In this document: piece after piece, positions 63,094 to 64,000 of the stretch
Position numbering within the stretch: position 1 is the first letter of the stretch
How the letters are laid out: each line of letters begins with the position of its first letter
Assembly (NCBI GenBank): GCA_018623135.1
Contig: JAAZVW010000003.1
Location: 977 to 64,976 of the forward strand
DNA: 64,000 bases
Direction of reading: 5' to 3'
DNA from: Pseudomonadota bacterium
GTDB lineage: Bacteria; Pseudomonadota; Alphaproteobacteria; UBA1280; JAAZVW01
The notes under the pieces: generated by a model
Seen by the model: the letters and a program-made list of their open reading frames with translations, nothing else
Told to the model about the DNA's origin: nothing
Databases searched by the model: none
Made by a program: the position numbers and the translations under genes

Positions 63094-64000
63094 ATGTTTC
63101 AATTAACAACACTAGAAAATGGCCTTACCATTGCAACAGATAGCTATAACACGGTAGAAACCCTATCCTTAGGTGTTTTTGTGCGCACAGGTTCTAGGGC
63201 AGAAACATTAGAAAACCATGGCGTTTCTCACTTTTTAGAGCATATGGCGTTTAAAGGAACTCAAAAGAAAACGGCTTTTGAACTTATGGCTGCCATTGAA
63301 GATGTTGGCGGCGATTTAGATGCCTATACAAGCCGAGATAGCACAGTTTATCTTTCAAAAGTTCTGAAAGAGGATATGCCTCTCGCTGTTGATTTACTGG
63401 CAGATATTGTACAAAACTCTAAATTAGCAGAAGAAGATATTGCTAAAGAATGCCAAGTTATCCTTCAAGAATTTAAAGAAGCGCAAGATACACCAAGTGA
63501 TATTTTATTTGAAGACTTGCAGGAACTTTGTTACCCCAATCATCCTTTAGGACGTTCTATTTTAGGTACAGAAGAGAGCATCAAGAGCATTACTTCTGAA
63601 AAATTAAGGGCTTATATTAAAGAGCATTACACGGCAGAAAATATGATGATTTGTGCCGCAGGTAATGTAGATCATGAGCACTTTGTGGCGGAAGTAACCA
63701 AAGCCTTTGCATCCCTACCTGCTGGTAAACCGCTAGAGGTGGAAGTGGCGATTTATGTTGGTGGCACAAAGCATAGAAGCAGACCAGAAATTCAGCAAGC
63801 GCATTCTGTAATCGCATACGAAGGCATGCATTATAATCACCCGCTTTATTACGCGTCTCAAATTTGGAACAATATTATTGGTGGTAGCATGACAAGTCGC
63901 ATGTTCCAAAAAATTAGAGAAGAGCAGGGGCTTGCATATGCCATTAATTCTTTTGTAAATGTGTATAAAGACACGGCTACTTTTGGTGTTTATGCAGCCA
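63094..64000 (+). CDS. M16-family zinc peptidase (mitochondrial-processing-peptidase-like), 5' part; runs off the window edge
   Basis: My own translation from ATG at 63094 gives MFQLTTLENGLTIATD...GSRAETLENHGVSHFLEHMAFKGT (inverted zinc motif HxxEH). No stop lies inside the window, so it is absent from the ORF track. Confidence 0.85.
   Translation, partial: MFQLTTLENGLTIATDSYNTVETLSLGVFVRTGSRAETLENHGVSHFLEHMAFKGTQKKTAFELMAAIEDVGGDLDAYTSRDSTVYLSKVLKEDMPLAVDLLADIVQNSKLAEEDIAKECQVILQEFKEAQDTPSDILFEDLQELCYPNHPLGRSILGTEESIKSITSEKLRAYIKEHYTAENMMICAAGNVDHEHFVAEVTKAFASLPAGKPLEVEVAIYVGGTKHRSRPEIQQAHSVIAYEGMHYNHPLYYASQIWNNIIGGSMTSRMFQKIREEQGLAYAINSFVNVYKDTATFGVYAA

Noticed and set aside
63617-63817. 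66-aa minus-strand ORF near the window end
   Set aside because: It lies antisense inside the M16 peptidase coding region (HxxEH protein starting at 63094).
1-64000. CRISPR arrays, IS elements or transposases, rRNA genes, prophage genes, and defense systems (restriction-modification, toxin-antitoxin, helicase or nuclease islands)
   Set aside because: Reading both strands, I found no spaced direct-repeat array, no transposase, integrase or recombinase motifs, no rRNA-like sequence, and no ATPase, nuclease or helicase clusters typical of defense islands. The only nuclease is a secreted SNase-family protein.

Overview
AT-rich, gene-dense bacterial chromosome segment. I found no rRNA, CRISPR array, transposase, integrase or prophage signal. 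Gene content and local synteny (cox cluster followed by thrC and an M16 peptidase, a heparinase II/III-like gene, SURF1, and the thrS, mutS and ugd sequences) point to a low-GC alphaproteobacterium, but taxonomy cannot be confirmed without a database search. Content in order: a translationally coupled envelope-polysaccharide operon (heparinase-like, GT1, WecA-like, galU, ugd); nhaA; three tandem small Cys-pair surface-antigen-like paralogs behind rpe; lolA-rsmB; a LysM protein; an orphan peptide-type SBP plus Nudix; panD; a four-gene operon (GAF, Slam/DUF560-like barrel, FecR::TbpB-like-barrel secreted protein, CHASE2 adenylate cyclase); an SLC13 permease; an RND pump pair; SURF1; murJ; mutS; IMPase; SNase; tRNA-Arg(CCU); infC with a non-AUG start; thrS; LPS-core glycosyltransferases; two tandem alpha/beta hydrolases; a UbiA-like protein with a degenerate catalytic motif; rsmE; a complete aa3 oxidase cluster with heme A genes and three unknown membrane ORFs interleaved; thrC; and a partial M16 peptidase. 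The best candidate for an undescribed system is the GAF / Slam-like / FecR-TbpB-barrel / CHASE2-cyclase operon at 17301-24140. All functional calls rest on motif recognition by eye, with no searches run.
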